Assembly (NCBI GenBank): GCA_016932115.1
Contig: JAFGDM010000081.1
Span: forward strand, 1 to 47,797
Origin: Deltaproteobacteria bacterium
Lineage (GTDB): Bacteria; Desulfobacterota; DSM-4660; Desulfatiglandales; HGW-15
DNA: 47,797 nt
Reading direction: 5' to 3'
This document shows positions 34,735 to 44,369 of the stretch, piece after piece. Within the stretch, counting starts at the first letter, position 1. Each line of letters begins with the position of its first letter. The position numbers and the translations under genes are program-made. The notes under the pieces are model-generated. The model ran no database searches and had not been told where the DNA came from. It saw nothing but the letters and a program-made list of their open reading frames with translations.

Positions 34735-35955
34735 ATGGATGATTTAGGCGCCAGAATAAACCTGAAGCTTATAGAAGAACTTCGGCAGTACGGGGAATTT
34801 AATGTCCAAAATTGCTTCTCCTGCGGCCATTGCACGGCTGTGTGCAACCTTGTGCAGCCCGGAGAATCTTTTCCGAGGCGTGTCATCCGGTACGCACAAC
34901 TGGGTTTGCGCGACCAGCTTGCTGCCACCAAAGCGGTCTGGTCATGTTACTACTGCGGAGATTGCACTCTTTCGTGTCCCAGGCAAGCCACTCCCGGTCA
35001 ACTGATGGAGGCGGCTCGCAGATATTTTATCGTCCACTGGGATATTACGACCTTGAGCCGTCGTTTCTACACCTCCCCCAGGTTCATGTGGGTGTCCACG
35101 ACGGTTATGGCCGTGATCCTGGGCTTTCTGTTTCTCGCCACGGGCGGTGATGTAGTATCAAAACGCCTCGCCCTTTTCGAATTCATGAGCTACGATTTTC
35201 TTCATTACCTCGGCATCGCCGTTATTGCCTTGGTGGCTCTTTTGATGATGATCAATGCGGGCAACATGGCCTTCCATGTGATGAGGGTGCTTCCGAAAAC
35301 ACCCGCTACAGGGCCGATTCTTTGGATCAGAGATGCCTTGCTGGCTTGCAAGGATATCCTGGATGATATGACGATTCAGAGTCGTTTCTCAAAGTGCCGG
35401 GGCAATGAATCGGAAGCTTCCCTGCCATGGTACCTGAGCCGCCGCGTGATCCATTTGTGCATTATGTGGGGCTTTCTTGGTTTGCTGGGAGCTACCACCT
35501 TTGATTTCATTTTTAAAGAACCGGGCTCGTATGTACCGCTGTATTACCCGGGAAGGCTTCTGGGCACGGTCGCAGGAATCCCCGTCCTCTACGGAACGAG
35601 TGTTTCATTGTGGTTGCGCAAGAATCACCGCGGAGGGGCCTCCTTTGAAAGAACCATGCTTTCAGACTGGTTTTTTCTGTGGTTGCTTTGGGTTACGACG
35701 ATTACGGGATATATTACGGAAGTCGCCGTCTATTTGCCGCGAGGTTCTATTTTGGGGTACGGGATCTTTCTCATCCATGTGATTCTGGCAATTGAGCTTA
35801 TTTTGATCCTGCCCTTCACGAAGTTCAGTCATGTGATCTACAGGCCGGTTGCACTCTACCTTCATGCGCTCCACTTGCGAAGGCGTGCCCGGGGTTATGA
35901 GGCGCGTGTGCCCTTGGCTGTGGGCCGGCCTAGCGACATTCCATCCTCCGCTTGA
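34735..35955 (+). CDS. QmoC-like membrane protein: HdrC-like 2x[4Fe-4S] N-domain fused to a NarI/HdrE-type cytochrome b domain
   Basis: CFSCGHCTAVCNL and CYYCGDCTLSCPR, then about 6 TM helices. PFTKFSHVIYRP resembles the NarI PFTRLVH motif. Confidence 0.7.
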   Translation: MDDLGARINLKLIEELRQYGEFNVQNCFSCGHCTAVCNLVQPGESFPRRVIRYAQLGLRDQLAATKAVWSCYYCGDCTLSCPRQATPGQLMEAARRYFIVHWDITTLSRRFYTSPRFMWVSTTVMAVILGFLFLATGGDVVSKRLALFEFMSYDFLHYLGIAVIALVALLMMINAGNMAFHVMRVLPKTPATGPILWIRDALLACKDILDDMTIQSRFSKCRGNESEASLPWYLSRRVIHLCIMWGFLGLLGATTFDFIFKEPGSYVPLYYPGRLLGTVAGIPVLYGTSVSLWLRKNHRGGASFERTMLSDWFFLWLLWVTTITGYITEVAVYLPRGSILGYGIFLIHVILAIELILILPFTKFSHVIYRPVALYLHALHLRRRARGYEARVPLAVGRPSDIPSSA

Positions 35956-36218
35956 CCTAGGCGTGGAAATCGCGGCGGTAAATAGGGGACAACCTCTCAA
36001 GCTCAAAGCTGAGAGGGAGAATGCTGATCATATCCTGTCCGATAAATTGTATGATGCGTCACGACGATTTGATTCTTGGAAATCTAAAATGATGCGGAAA
36101 GTAAAATTCCTTATTTCGAATCTCCGTGTTTTTAGTAAATTGGTCAATTCGTGAAAATTATCGTTGAATATCGCTTTATTATGGAAAAGAATTTTTTAGA
36201 CACGGAATTGTAGGGAAA

Positions 36219-38180
36219 ATGGAAAACAGGATAGGCGTCTACGTCTGCCACTGCGGCACGAACATTGCGGGAAAGGTCGAGGTCGAAAAGGTTGCCGAAT
36301 ATGCCGGAAGCTTGCCCGGTGTGGTTATTTCAAGGGAGTACCGCTTCATGTGCTCGGACCCGGGGCAGGAGCAAATCCGGGAGGATATCGCAAAGCACCG
36401 TCTGAACCGGGTGGTCGTAGCGGCCTGTTCCCCTAGGATGCACGAAAAAACATTCCAAAAAACCCTCGAAAAGGCAGGCATCAACCGCTATTACCTTCAA
36501 GTCGCAAATATTCGAGAACACGTGTCCTGGACCACCGAAGACCCGGAGACAGCAACGAAAAAAGCCATGGATATGGTAAGGGCCGCGGTCGCAAGGGTAC
36601 CTTTGCACGGTCCTCTGCCCACCCACGAAGTGGCGGTAAACAAGGAGGTCATGGTGGTGGGGGCAGGCATCGGCGGGATTCAGGCAGCCCTGGATATTGC
36701 CGATGGGGGGTATAAGGTTCATCTTGTGGAGCGCCTGCCTTCCGTGGGGGGCCACATGTCTCAGTATGACAAGGTGTTTCCCACTCTGGATTGTGCGGCC
36801 TGTATCGGCACCCCGAAAATGGTTGCTGTGGGAATGCACGAACGCATCCAGCTTCATACTTACAGCGAGGTGGAAGAGGTTTCGGGGTTTGTCGGTCAAT
36901 TCAAGGTCAAGGTTCGCCATAAGGCGGCATATGTCAATCACGAGGTGTGCACGGGTTGCGGGATCTGCCAAGAAAAGTGCCCGAAAAAGGTACCTTCCGA
37001 ATACGATATGAAGTTGGGGAAGCGCAAGGCCATCTATACACTCTTCCCACAGGCTGTTCCCAACAAGCCGGTTATCGACCGCGACAATTGCATCTATTTT
37101 CAGAACGGAAAGTGCCGGGCCTGTGAGAAGTTCTGCGAGATGAAAGCGATCGATTTTGCGCAGCAAGACAGGGTGGAGGAGATCGAGGTGGGGTCTATCA
37201 TAGTGGCCACCGGTTTCGACCAGATGGACCCCAGCATCATCGAGCCCTATGGCTACGGTCGTTATCCGAACGTGATCACCGGTCTGGAATTCGAGCGTAT
37301 GGTGGTAGGCGCAGGCCCTACGCTGGGTAAAATCCAGCTTAAGGACGGATCTGTGCCCAAGGATGTGGCTATTTTGCACTGCGTGGGCAGCCGGGACTTG
37401 CGCTACCACGAATACTGCTCGCGCGTCTGCTGCATGTACGGCTTGAAACATGCCCATCAGATCCGGGAAAAGATCGGCGCCAACGTATACATGTTCTATA
37501 TTGACATGCGCTGTTTCGGCAAAGGATATGAAGAATTTTACAATCGTGTGCAAAACGAGGGCGTAATCCTGATTCGCGGCAAGGCGGCGCAGGTGACGGA
37601 TCAAGCCGTTCTGCCGGAAGACGAGGGGCGCCTCATTGTTACGGCTGAAGACACGGCCACGGGTGAAAAGGTCTACGTGCCGGTGGACATGGTCATTCTG
37701 TCCGCGGCCATGGAACCCCGGGTGGACGCACAGCAAACAGCGCGCATCTTTAACATCAACCGGAGCAAAGACGGCTTTTTCCTGGAGCAACACCCCAAGC
37801 TGGCTCCGGTTAACACGGCCGTTTCGGGGATCTTTTTGGCAGGGACATGCCAGGGGCCCAAAGATGTGGTCGACACGGTGGCTCATGCTGCGGCCGCTGC
37901 ATCCAAGAGCCTCGCCTTAGCCAGCAAGGGTGTGGTTGAGACAGAGTCCATGATCTCTTGGATCAATCCCGAGGTTTGCGTAGGGTGCCAGACCTGCATC
38001 TCAGTGTGCCCCGCGAACGCAATCACCTATAATGAACGCCGGGGAATTTCCTCGGTCAACGAGGCCGTATGTCTTGGTTGTGGCTCCTGTGCAGCCACCT
38101 GCCCGAGCGGTGCGGCCAGCCTCAAGCATTTCACGGCCGACGAGGTTCTGGCCGAAGTCGATGCCCTGATGGGAGCGTAA
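36219..38180 (+). CDS. hdrA: Heterodisulfide reductase subunit A (Cys form)
   Basis: 653 aa with RIGVYVCHCGTNIAG, VVGAGIGGIQAA, FPTLDCAACIGTPK, CTGCGICQEKCP, CVGSRDLRYHEYCSRVCC and a C-terminal 2x[4Fe-4S]. Confidence 0.9.
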   Translation: MENRIGVYVCHCGTNIAGKVEVEKVAEYAGSLPGVVISREYRFMCSDPGQEQIREDIAKHRLNRVVVAACSPRMHEKTFQKTLEKAGINRYYLQVANIREHVSWTTEDPETATKKAMDMVRAAVARVPLHGPLPTHEVAVNKEVMVVGAGIGGIQAALDIADGGYKVHLVERLPSVGGHMSQYDKVFPTLDCAACIGTPKMVAVGMHERIQLHTYSEVEEVSGFVGQFKVKVRHKAAYVNHEVCTGCGICQEKCPKKVPSEYDMKLGKRKAIYTLFPQAVPNKPVIDRDNCIYFQNGKCRACEKFCEMKAIDFAQQDRVEEIEVGSIIVATGFDQMDPSIIEPYGYGRYPNVITGLEFERMVVGAGPTLGKIQLKDGSVPKDVAILHCVGSRDLRYHEYCSRVCCMYGLKHAHQIREKIGANVYMFYIDMRCFGKGYEEFYNRVQNEGVILIRGKAAQVTDQAVLPEDEGRLIVTAEDTATGEKVYVPVDMVILSAAMEPRVDAQQTARIFNINRSKDGFFLEQHPKLAPVNTAVSGIFLAGTCQGPKDVVDTVAHAAAAASKSLALASKGVVETESMISWINPEVCVGCQTCISVCPANAITYNERRGISSVNEAVCLGCGSCAATCPSGAASLKHFTADEVLAEVDALMGA

Positions 38181-38183
38181 GAC

Positions 38184-41100
38184 GTGAACAGTGAAGACCG
38201 GGCTCAAGACCCTCAAGAAATGTCAACCCTGGATTCAGACGTCCTCGTGATCGGGGCCGGTCTTTCCGGTTTGACCGCAGCCTTTGATCTGGTTGAAAAC
38301 GGGCGCACCGTGCTTCTCGTCGAGAGCGCTGCGGCCCACGGCGGATACCTCACACTGCTCGACCGCCAGTTCAGCACGGACAGTTGCGGGTTTTGCCAGA
38401 TCCTTCCCCGAACCCCCGGAGGGGCGGAATTTTGCCTGAAGTCCATGATGTATCATCCCATGATCGATTTTTTCCCCTCCACCACGGTGGAAGGCGTGGA
38501 AGGCAAAGTCGGGGCGTTCAGTGTCAAGCTGAAACGGCACGCGACAGGAGTGGATGCCGAGCTCTGCACACATTGCGGCCGCTGCATCGAAGTGTGCCCC
38601 GAGGTTTACCCCGACCCGCTTCAGGCAGGGATGGCCGGCCGAAAGGCGATTGGGAGCCGTGCGCCTGTTTCCTCTCCCTCGAATATCGAGATCGATTGGG
38701 AACACTGCACCAGGTGCAAGGCCTGCGTTGATGCCTGTCCGGAAGGCGCCATCCGTCTTGATGCCGAAGATGTAGCAGAAACCCGAAAGGTAGGTGCGAT
38801 CATTGTCGCCACAGGGTTTCGTCTCTACGACCCGTCCTCTAAACTGGAATATGGCTACGGCCGTTTCCGGGATGTGGTGACCACCCTGGAACTTGAGCGC
38901 CTCATCGGAAAAAGCCTTCTGGAAGGCCATGAAGCAATCGTGAGACCCTCGGACGGGGCCCCGCCCTCGCGCATTGCCTGGATTCAATGCGTGGGCTCCA
39001 GGGAAGAAAAGCGCAATTACTGCTCGTCCGTCTGCTGTATGATCTCCCTCAAGGAGGCGAGGAGATGCCGGCAATTGCTGCCCGACGCCCATCTGGAGAT
39101 CTTTTACATGGATCTTCGGACCTGCGGCAAGGGCTACGAGTCATATTTGAATGAGGCAAAGGATATGGGCATTCGCTTCACCCGCGAAAGGCCCGGAGAG
39201 GTCCTCAACCGAGACGGGGAACTCCTGCTCCAGGTAGAGGATCAGGACGGCGGCTGGCGTGAACAGCCCTTTGATCTTATTATCCTTTCCATTGGTTTCG
39301 AGGCCCACCCGGAGACGCTCAGGCTGGCGCAAATGCTGGGGATCTCCCTGGACTCGGACGGTTTCTTGTCTGCTCATCCGGGCTTTCTGAGCCGCACGGA
39401 GAAAGAGGGCGTCTATATGGCCGGAGCTGCGTCCGAACCGCGGGATATACCCGAGTCCGTGATACAGGCCCATGAAGCTGCAGCCCTGGCGGCCTCGATC
39501 GCGCCCGCTACCAAGCAGCATGGCGAAGGCCCTACTGTTCCTTTGACGGATCTTCTGGACCAGGACCTCCGTGCCATGGTCTTTCTATGCGATTGCTCCG
39601 GTACCTTGACCGAACGCCTGGGAGGAGAAATCCTTCGAACTTCTATTGAGAAGGAGCCCGGGGTTGTCACGGTGGGTCTTCATTCTCGTCTTTGCCACAA
39701 GGAAGGTCTTGAGACCCTAGCAAAGGCTATCCACGAAACAGAGGCTAATGCTCTTGTCGTTGGGGCGTGTACCCCGCGGTGGCTTAATCAGCGTCTGCGG
39801 CAGGTCTCTGAGGAAACCGGTCTGGACCCCAACTTGGTTCAGGTGGTGAACCTGAGGGAGCAAGGGGCATGGTCTCAAGGTGAAGCCTCTGCAGAGGGAG
39901 CCGCCGCGGCGGAGGCGCAACTTCGTGCCGCCCTGGCCAGGTGTCGGGAATACAGGATCTTGCCCCGCCCTGTGGAGGGGAGAGACCGTGAAGCCCAAGT
40001 GCTGGTCGTAGGAGGCGGCCCTGCAGGGATGTCGGCAGCTCTTTCCCTCTCAGAACTGGGTCATGCGGTGACGCTGGTGGAGCGGGAAAGCAAACTGGGC
40101 GGCAACCTCCAATGGATCCACTACGGTCTCGGCGATAATTTTGAACCCGAGAAGATCCTCGGCGATCTTTTGCACGCGGTCCAGGAAACCCCCGGAGTCA
40201 AGGTGTTGACCGAAACCACGGTAGCCGACCTCAGGGGGCGGCCGGGCGCTTACCGGGCCGTTTTAAAAGGATCTGAGGGGCAAGAAACAGACAAAGAATT
40301 CGGCGCCGTCGTGGTGGCGACCGGTGCGGTTGTCAACCGGCCCGAACTTTTCCATTACGGTAAGGATACCCGGATCCTAACGCAGAGGGATGTGGAGACA
40401 TCTCTTTCTGAAAACAGCCTGGACCCGAAGAGCCTGCTGGAAGTAGTGATGATTCAGTGCGTGGGCTCCAGGGACAAAGAGCATCCCTACTGCAGCCGGA
40501 TCTGTTGCGCATCAGCCCTCAAAAATGCTCTCAAGCTTCTTGACGGGAACCCGGGCCTTCGCGTCGTTATTTTTTACAGAGACCTCCGGGCTTTCGGGCT
40601 CATGGAGCGGGACTACCGGAAGGCTCGTGAGAAAGGGGCCATTTTCGTGCCTTTTGAACCCGAGGCCCCCCCTGTGGTGGAAATCGGAGAAGACGGGCCC
40701 ACTGTTACGGCCTATGATCCCATTGCGGGGTTGACCATTTGCTTTCACCCCGATCGCATTGTGCTGAGCACAGGCTTTATCCCGGATGCCCCTTCGGCCT
40801 TGCTCGATCGCCTGGGCTTGGCTGCCGATCCTGAAGGTTTTCTCAAGGAAGCAAATCCCAAGTTTAGGCCTCTCGACCTATGCGACGGGGTTTACGGGTG
40901 CGGAACGGCCCTGGGACCTGCGTTTCTTCCCGAGGCCATGGCCCAAGGGCGGGGGGCCGCCGTGCGGGCGTCAGGATTCCTGCGCAGGATGCAAAGACCG
41001 GCGGTGCTTCATACGGCGACGGTTCAAGCTTCCCGATGCTCGGCGTGCGGCCTTTGTGTAGAAGTTTGCCCTTTCCACGCCAGGGAGCTGGACGAGGATC

Positions 41101-41240
41101 TGGGCCACGCAGTTGTATATGCCGAACTGTGCCAGGCGTGCGGCGCCTGCGCAGCCATATGCCCCAACGATGCTGCCCAGTTGGTCGGCGGCACGGACAG
41201 GCAGATATTGTCGGTTATCGAGGCCCTGATGGAAGCCTGA
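38184..41240 (+). CDS. Tandem HdrA-like flavoprotein (two FAD modules, an internal HdrA-N-type Cys domain, ferredoxin domains); Cys form
   Basis: 1018 aa with VIGAGLSGL, TDSCGFCQILP, CTHCGRCIEVCP, CVGSREEKRNYCSSVCC, VFLCDCSG...VVGACTPRW, VVGGGPAGMSAA, CVGSRDKEHPYCSRICC, CSACGLCVEVCP and CQACGACAAICP. GTG start lies 3 nt after the hdrA TAA. Confidence 0.8.
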   Translation: MNSEDRAQDPQEMSTLDSDVLVIGAGLSGLTAAFDLVENGRTVLLVESAAAHGGYLTLLDRQFSTDSCGFCQILPRTPGGAEFCLKSMMYHPMIDFFPSTTVEGVEGKVGAFSVKLKRHATGVDAELCTHCGRCIEVCPEVYPDPLQAGMAGRKAIGSRAPVSSPSNIEIDWEHCTRCKACVDACPEGAIRLDAEDVAETRKVGAIIVATGFRLYDPSSKLEYGYGRFRDVVTTLELERLIGKSLLEGHEAIVRPSDGAPPSRIAWIQCVGSREEKRNYCSSVCCMISLKEARRCRQLLPDAHLEIFYMDLRTCGKGYESYLNEAKDMGIRFTRERPGEVLNRDGELLLQVEDQDGGWREQPFDLIILSIGFEAHPETLRLAQMLGISLDSDGFLSAHPGFLSRTEKEGVYMAGAASEPRDIPESVIQAHEAAALAASIAPATKQHGEGPTVPLTDLLDQDLRAMVFLCDCSGTLTERLGGEILRTSIEKEPGVVTVGLHSRLCHKEGLETLAKAIHETEANALVVGACTPRWLNQRLRQVSEETGLDPNLVQVVNLREQGAWSQGEASAEGAAAAEAQLRAALARCREYRILPRPVEGRDREAQVLVVGGGPAGMSAALSLSELGHAVTLVERESKLGGNLQWIHYGLGDNFEPEKILGDLLHAVQETPGVKVLTETTVADLRGRPGAYRAVLKGSEGQETDKEFGAVVVATGAVVNRPELFHYGKDTRILTQRDVETSLSENSLDPKSLLEVVMIQCVGSRDKEHPYCSRICCASALKNALKLLDGNPGLRVVIFYRDLRAFGLMERDYRKAREKGAIFVPFEPEAPPVVEIGEDGPTVTAYDPIAGLTICFHPDRIVLSTGFIPDAPSALLDRLGLAADPEGFLKEANPKFRPLDLCDGVYGCGTALGPAFLPEAMAQGRGAAVRASGFLRRMQRPAVLHTATVQASRCSACGLCVEVCPFHARELDEDLGHAVVYAELCQACGACAAICPNDAAQLVGGTDRQILSVIEALMEA

Positions 41241-41308
41241 GAGGGGTTCATAGACTTCAGAGCGCGGAGCAACAGCTCGTCAATGTGTAGTGGAGGAGGA
41301 AGATTTGC

Positions 41309-41734
41309 ATGGAAGACTCGGAGAACTTCAAGATTGTCGCCTTTCTGTGTAACTGGTGCACCTACGCGGCTGCAGACCTGGCCGGTACCGGCCGCCTGAT
41401 CTATCCGCCGAACGTTCGAACCGTGCGGATTATGTGCTCCGGGTCGCTTGATCCCATGTACGTGGTTAAAGCTTTCCTGGAAGGGGCCGACGGAGTGCTC
41501 GTGGGAGGGTGCGCCCTCGGGGATTGCCATTACACGAGCGGAAATTATAAGGCTCGCCGCAAGGTAGCCGTTTTGCGGGAGGTTCTCGATGCGGTGGGCA
41601 TTGAAAAGGATCGATTATGGCTGCGCTGGATCAGCGCCAGTGAAAGCGGTTTGTTTTCCGAGACCATCCAACAAATGACAAAGGCCATCAAAGCCATGGG
41701 ACCGACTCTGGTGCAAGGCCGGATGATCCTTTAA
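41309..41734 (+). CDS. mvhD: MvhD/FlxD-type [2Fe-2S] protein (Cys form)
   Basis: 141 aa with FLCNWCTYAAADLAG and GGCALGDCHY. Confidence 0.85.
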   Translation: MEDSENFKIVAFLCNWCTYAAADLAGTGRLIYPPNVRTVRIMCSGSLDPMYVVKAFLEGADGVLVGGCALGDCHYTSGNYKARRKVAVLREVLDAVGIEKDRLWLRWISASESGLFSETIQQMTKAIKAMGPTLVQGRMIL

Positions 41735-41758
41735 AAAGAACCTGAGAAGGAGAGGTAC

Positions 41759-42886
41759 ATGTCAGGATACTTCGCCCTGGACGAAGATAGCAGGAAAGAC
41801 CCGGCAGGACCGCTGGGCGAATTCTGCCGGAGGTTGCTCGATGAAGGGATACTGGACGCATTGCTTGTGGCCCAGCATATCCCTGATAGCTCCATGGTTC
41901 AGCACACGCTGGTTCAATCGCCGGACAAGATGCTTGCCGTTGATCCTGTGGCGCCGGTGCTCCCCGTGAACGGTGGCGTGCTCGCGGCGCGTTTGACCCG
42001 CCAGGACCCCGGCGGAAAGGTGGGAGCCATACTGAGGCCTTGCGAGATCCGGGCCTTTTTCGAGCTGGTTAAACTCCATCAAGGTGACCGTGAGCGGATC
42101 TTTCTGATCGGGATGGATTGCATGGGAACTTTTGAACCCCCGCAGTACCGGGAATGGGCCAAGGCCAATCCGGAGGCAAGCGGCCGCTTCCTGGAAGCTA
42201 TGCTCAGTTCGGGCGAACCCCCACAAGGGGCTCCTCCGCTTCGACGTTGTTGCCGAGCTTGCGAGTTTCCAACCGGGGAGGGCGCAGATGTTCAGTTGCT
42301 TTTTGTGGGAACGGATGGAGGCCCGTGTCTTTTTGCAGGCACTGAAGCCGGAGAAACGGCAGTGAAGGCCATGAATTTGAAAAACGTGGAAGAGCCGGCG
42401 AAACGGGCGAAAGCGGTCGAGACATGGATTAAAGGACGCATCAAATCCCGGGATGAGCTATTCAAGGAGGTTGAATCGGAGATTCTACCCCTGGATCGTT
42501 TACTCGGTGAACTCTCCTCCTGTATCACATGTTACAACTGCAGGGAAGTCTGCCCTGCCTGTTACTGCAAAAGCTGTGTTTTTGAGAGCAATACCTTCGA
42601 ACACCCCGCCTCTCAATATCTGAAATGGGCCAAAAAAAAGGGCGTCGTCAAAATGCCCACAGAGAGCCTGTTTTTTCACCTTACCCGCATGCTTCACATG
42701 AGCACATCCTGCGTAGGATGCGGCCAGTGTACGAGCGCATGCCCTATGGGGATCCGCGTATCGGATATTTTCCGAACCGTAGCGCGAAGAACACAAGCGG
42801 TGTTTGATTACGTTCCGGGAAGATCCCTGGAAGAGCCTCTACCTATGACCACCTACAAGGAAGATGAACTCTCGCCTCAGTGGTAG
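41759..42886 (+). CDS. Fe-S protein, FlxC-like
   Basis: CITCYNCREVCPACYCKSCVF and CVGCGQCTSACPMGIRV. Same motif layout as the 4552-5502 product. Confidence 0.6.
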   Translation: MSGYFALDEDSRKDPAGPLGEFCRRLLDEGILDALLVAQHIPDSSMVQHTLVQSPDKMLAVDPVAPVLPVNGGVLAARLTRQDPGGKVGAILRPCEIRAFFELVKLHQGDRERIFLIGMDCMGTFEPPQYREWAKANPEASGRFLEAMLSSGEPPQGAPPLRRCCRACEFPTGEGADVQLLFVGTDGGPCLFAGTEAGETAVKAMNLKNVEEPAKRAKAVETWIKGRIKSRDELFKEVESEILPLDRLLGELSSCITCYNCREVCPACYCKSCVFESNTFEHPASQYLKWAKKKGVVKMPTESLFFHLTRMLHMSTSCVGCGQCTSACPMGIRVSDIFRTVARRTQAVFDYVPGRSLEEPLPMTTYKEDELSPQW

Positions 42887-42900
42887 CCGCCTCAATCCTC

Positions 42901-43875
42901 TCATCCGGAAGATGCGGCAGAAACACAACACTTGAGCGGTTCAAAGGCTCGTCCTTCAAACCATTCTCTGGCTTCATGGATATCTCGCGAAATCTGATCA
43001 ATGAGTTCTTGAACGCTTTTGAAAGTTTTTTCATCCCTCAGGCGGTGAAGGAAGGTCAGTTTTATTTTCTTTCCTAGAATATCTCTTGAAAAATTCAAGA
43101 GGTGGGTTTCAACGCTCAGAAACTTGTCCCGGAAGGTGGGGTTGTAACCGACGTTGGTGACCCCACTGTAAGGCTTGCCGTCAATCAGGACAGTGACCGC
43201 ATATACACCTGTCTTGGGCAATAGCTCGTCTTGCGGGCTCAGGTTGGCCGTCGGGAATCCTAGCAGGGCAGCCCCGCGATTGTGGCCCCGCACCACAGAA
43301 CCCTCCAACTGAAAATTCCTACCAAGAAGGGTTTTCGCTTCGGCCAGCCTTCCTTCCTGAATGAGGCGACGGATCGAAGTGCTTGAAACCAGCATTTCAT
43401 CAACATGGATCGGTTGGACAAGATGGACAAGGAAGCCGAATTTCTCCCCCATCTTTTTAAGAAGAGGGATGTTCCCCTCTCTGTCTCTGCCGAATGCATA
43501 GTCGTATCCCACAACAAGTTCTTTGATTCCGATGCCGGCGACAAGAATATTTCCGACAAAATCCTCGGCCGAGATGTCCGCAAACTCTCGGGTAAATGGA
43601 ATGCAGAAAAGCAGATCGATTCCCGCCTGCTGTATGAGTTCAATTTTTTGTTTAGTGGGGGTGATCAGGGGCGGACCGTTGCCCGGCTTCATGACTCTGA
43701 ATGGATGAGGTTCAAAGGTCATGACCGCAGAACGTCCCTGGATTGCTTGGGCTCTTTGCCTGACCTTTTCGAATAGGGCCAGGTGACCCCTGTGAACTCC
43801 GTCGAAATTTCCTATGGTCAGGACAGGGTTGATGAGAGGCTCTTCAATCGCCTTGAGATCGGTGATGATTTGCAT
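42901..43875 (-). CDS. ribF: Bifunctional riboflavin kinase / FMN adenylyltransferase
   Basis: GNFDGVHRGH, a FPTANL-type kinase region, and a length of 324 aa. Confidence 0.9.
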   Translation of the reverse strand: MQIITDLKAIEEPLINPVLTIGNFDGVHRGHLALFEKVRQRAQAIQGRSAVMTFEPHPFRVMKPGNGPPLITPTKQKIELIQQAGIDLLFCIPFTREFADISAEDFVGNILVAGIGIKELVVGYDYAFGRDREGNIPLLKKMGEKFGFLVHLVQPIHVDEMLVSSTSIRRLIQEGRLAEAKTLLGRNFQLEGSVVRGHNRGAALLGFPTANLSPQDELLPKTGVYAVTVLIDGKPYSGVTNVGYNPTFRDKFLSVETHLLNFSRDILGKKIKLTFLHRLRDEKTFKSVQELIDQISRDIHEAREWFEGRAFEPLKCCVSAASSG

Positions 43876-43999
43876 GGAAACTTTATGCCTCCCATAAAAA
43901 GCCGAAAATATCTCTTCAAACTTTTATGAAGATTTAGCCTATTGACACTCTTAAGTATATAATATAAATAGTTACTCCGAAATATCAATTCCTTCGTGT

Positions 44000-44086
44000 G
44001 CGGAAGTGGCGGAACTGGTAGACGCGCTAGGTTCAGGGTCTAGTGTGCGCAGGCACATGGGGGTTCAAGTCCCCCCTTCCGCACCA
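44000..44086 (+). tRNA. tRNA-Leu (anticodon CAG), long variable arm, CCA encoded
   Basis: Hand-folded. Acceptor GCGGAAG/CTTCCGC. Anticodon stem CTAGG/TCTAG with loop TTCAGGG. Variable arm TGTGCGCAGGCACAT. T-arm GGGGG-TTCAAGT-CCCCC, followed by ACCA. Confidence 0.9.
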
Positions 44087-44109
44087 CCTTAAGAAACGGA
44101 AATACCAAG

Positions 44110-44136
44110 GGGTCTTAGCTTTGCTAAGGCCCTTTT
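44110..44136 (+). terminator. Rho-independent terminator after tRNA-Leu
   Basis: GGGTCTTAGC-TTT-GCTAAGGCCC (10 bp, one G-U pair) followed by TTTT. Confidence 0.6.
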
Positions 44137-44369
44137 CCATCTGCTGGCATTTTAGGCATTGTTGGCCGGTTTTCGCCATATTTGGCGGCCTGCATGGCAG
44201 AAAAATGGCAGAAATTTTCTTCGGACTATTTCCTTGACAGACGCAGTCCATGTAGTAAGTATCGCATTGCTAAATGGGAAGCCAGAGAATATCGTTTCTG
44301 CGTACCAACACAATTCTTAAAAGATCAGATTAAATCAGGAAATCAAAAAGGAGACTTTATTCTAACATG

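Noticed and set aside
38178-38186. hdrA (36219) and tandem hdrA (38184) are in the same frame, so a possible read-through fusion was considered
   Set aside because: The intervening stop is TAA, not TGA. No hairpin of the +19 to +36 type follows. A GTG start with an upstream GGGAG is available, so these are treated as two genes.
43941-43966. Promoter for tRNA-Leu (TTGACA at 43941-43946 followed by an AT-rich TATAAT/TATAAA run)
   Set aside because: The perfect TATAAT lies only 10 nt from the -35 box, and the alternatives have a 15-nt spacer or a poor -10 box. It is plausible but too ambiguous to list as a feature.
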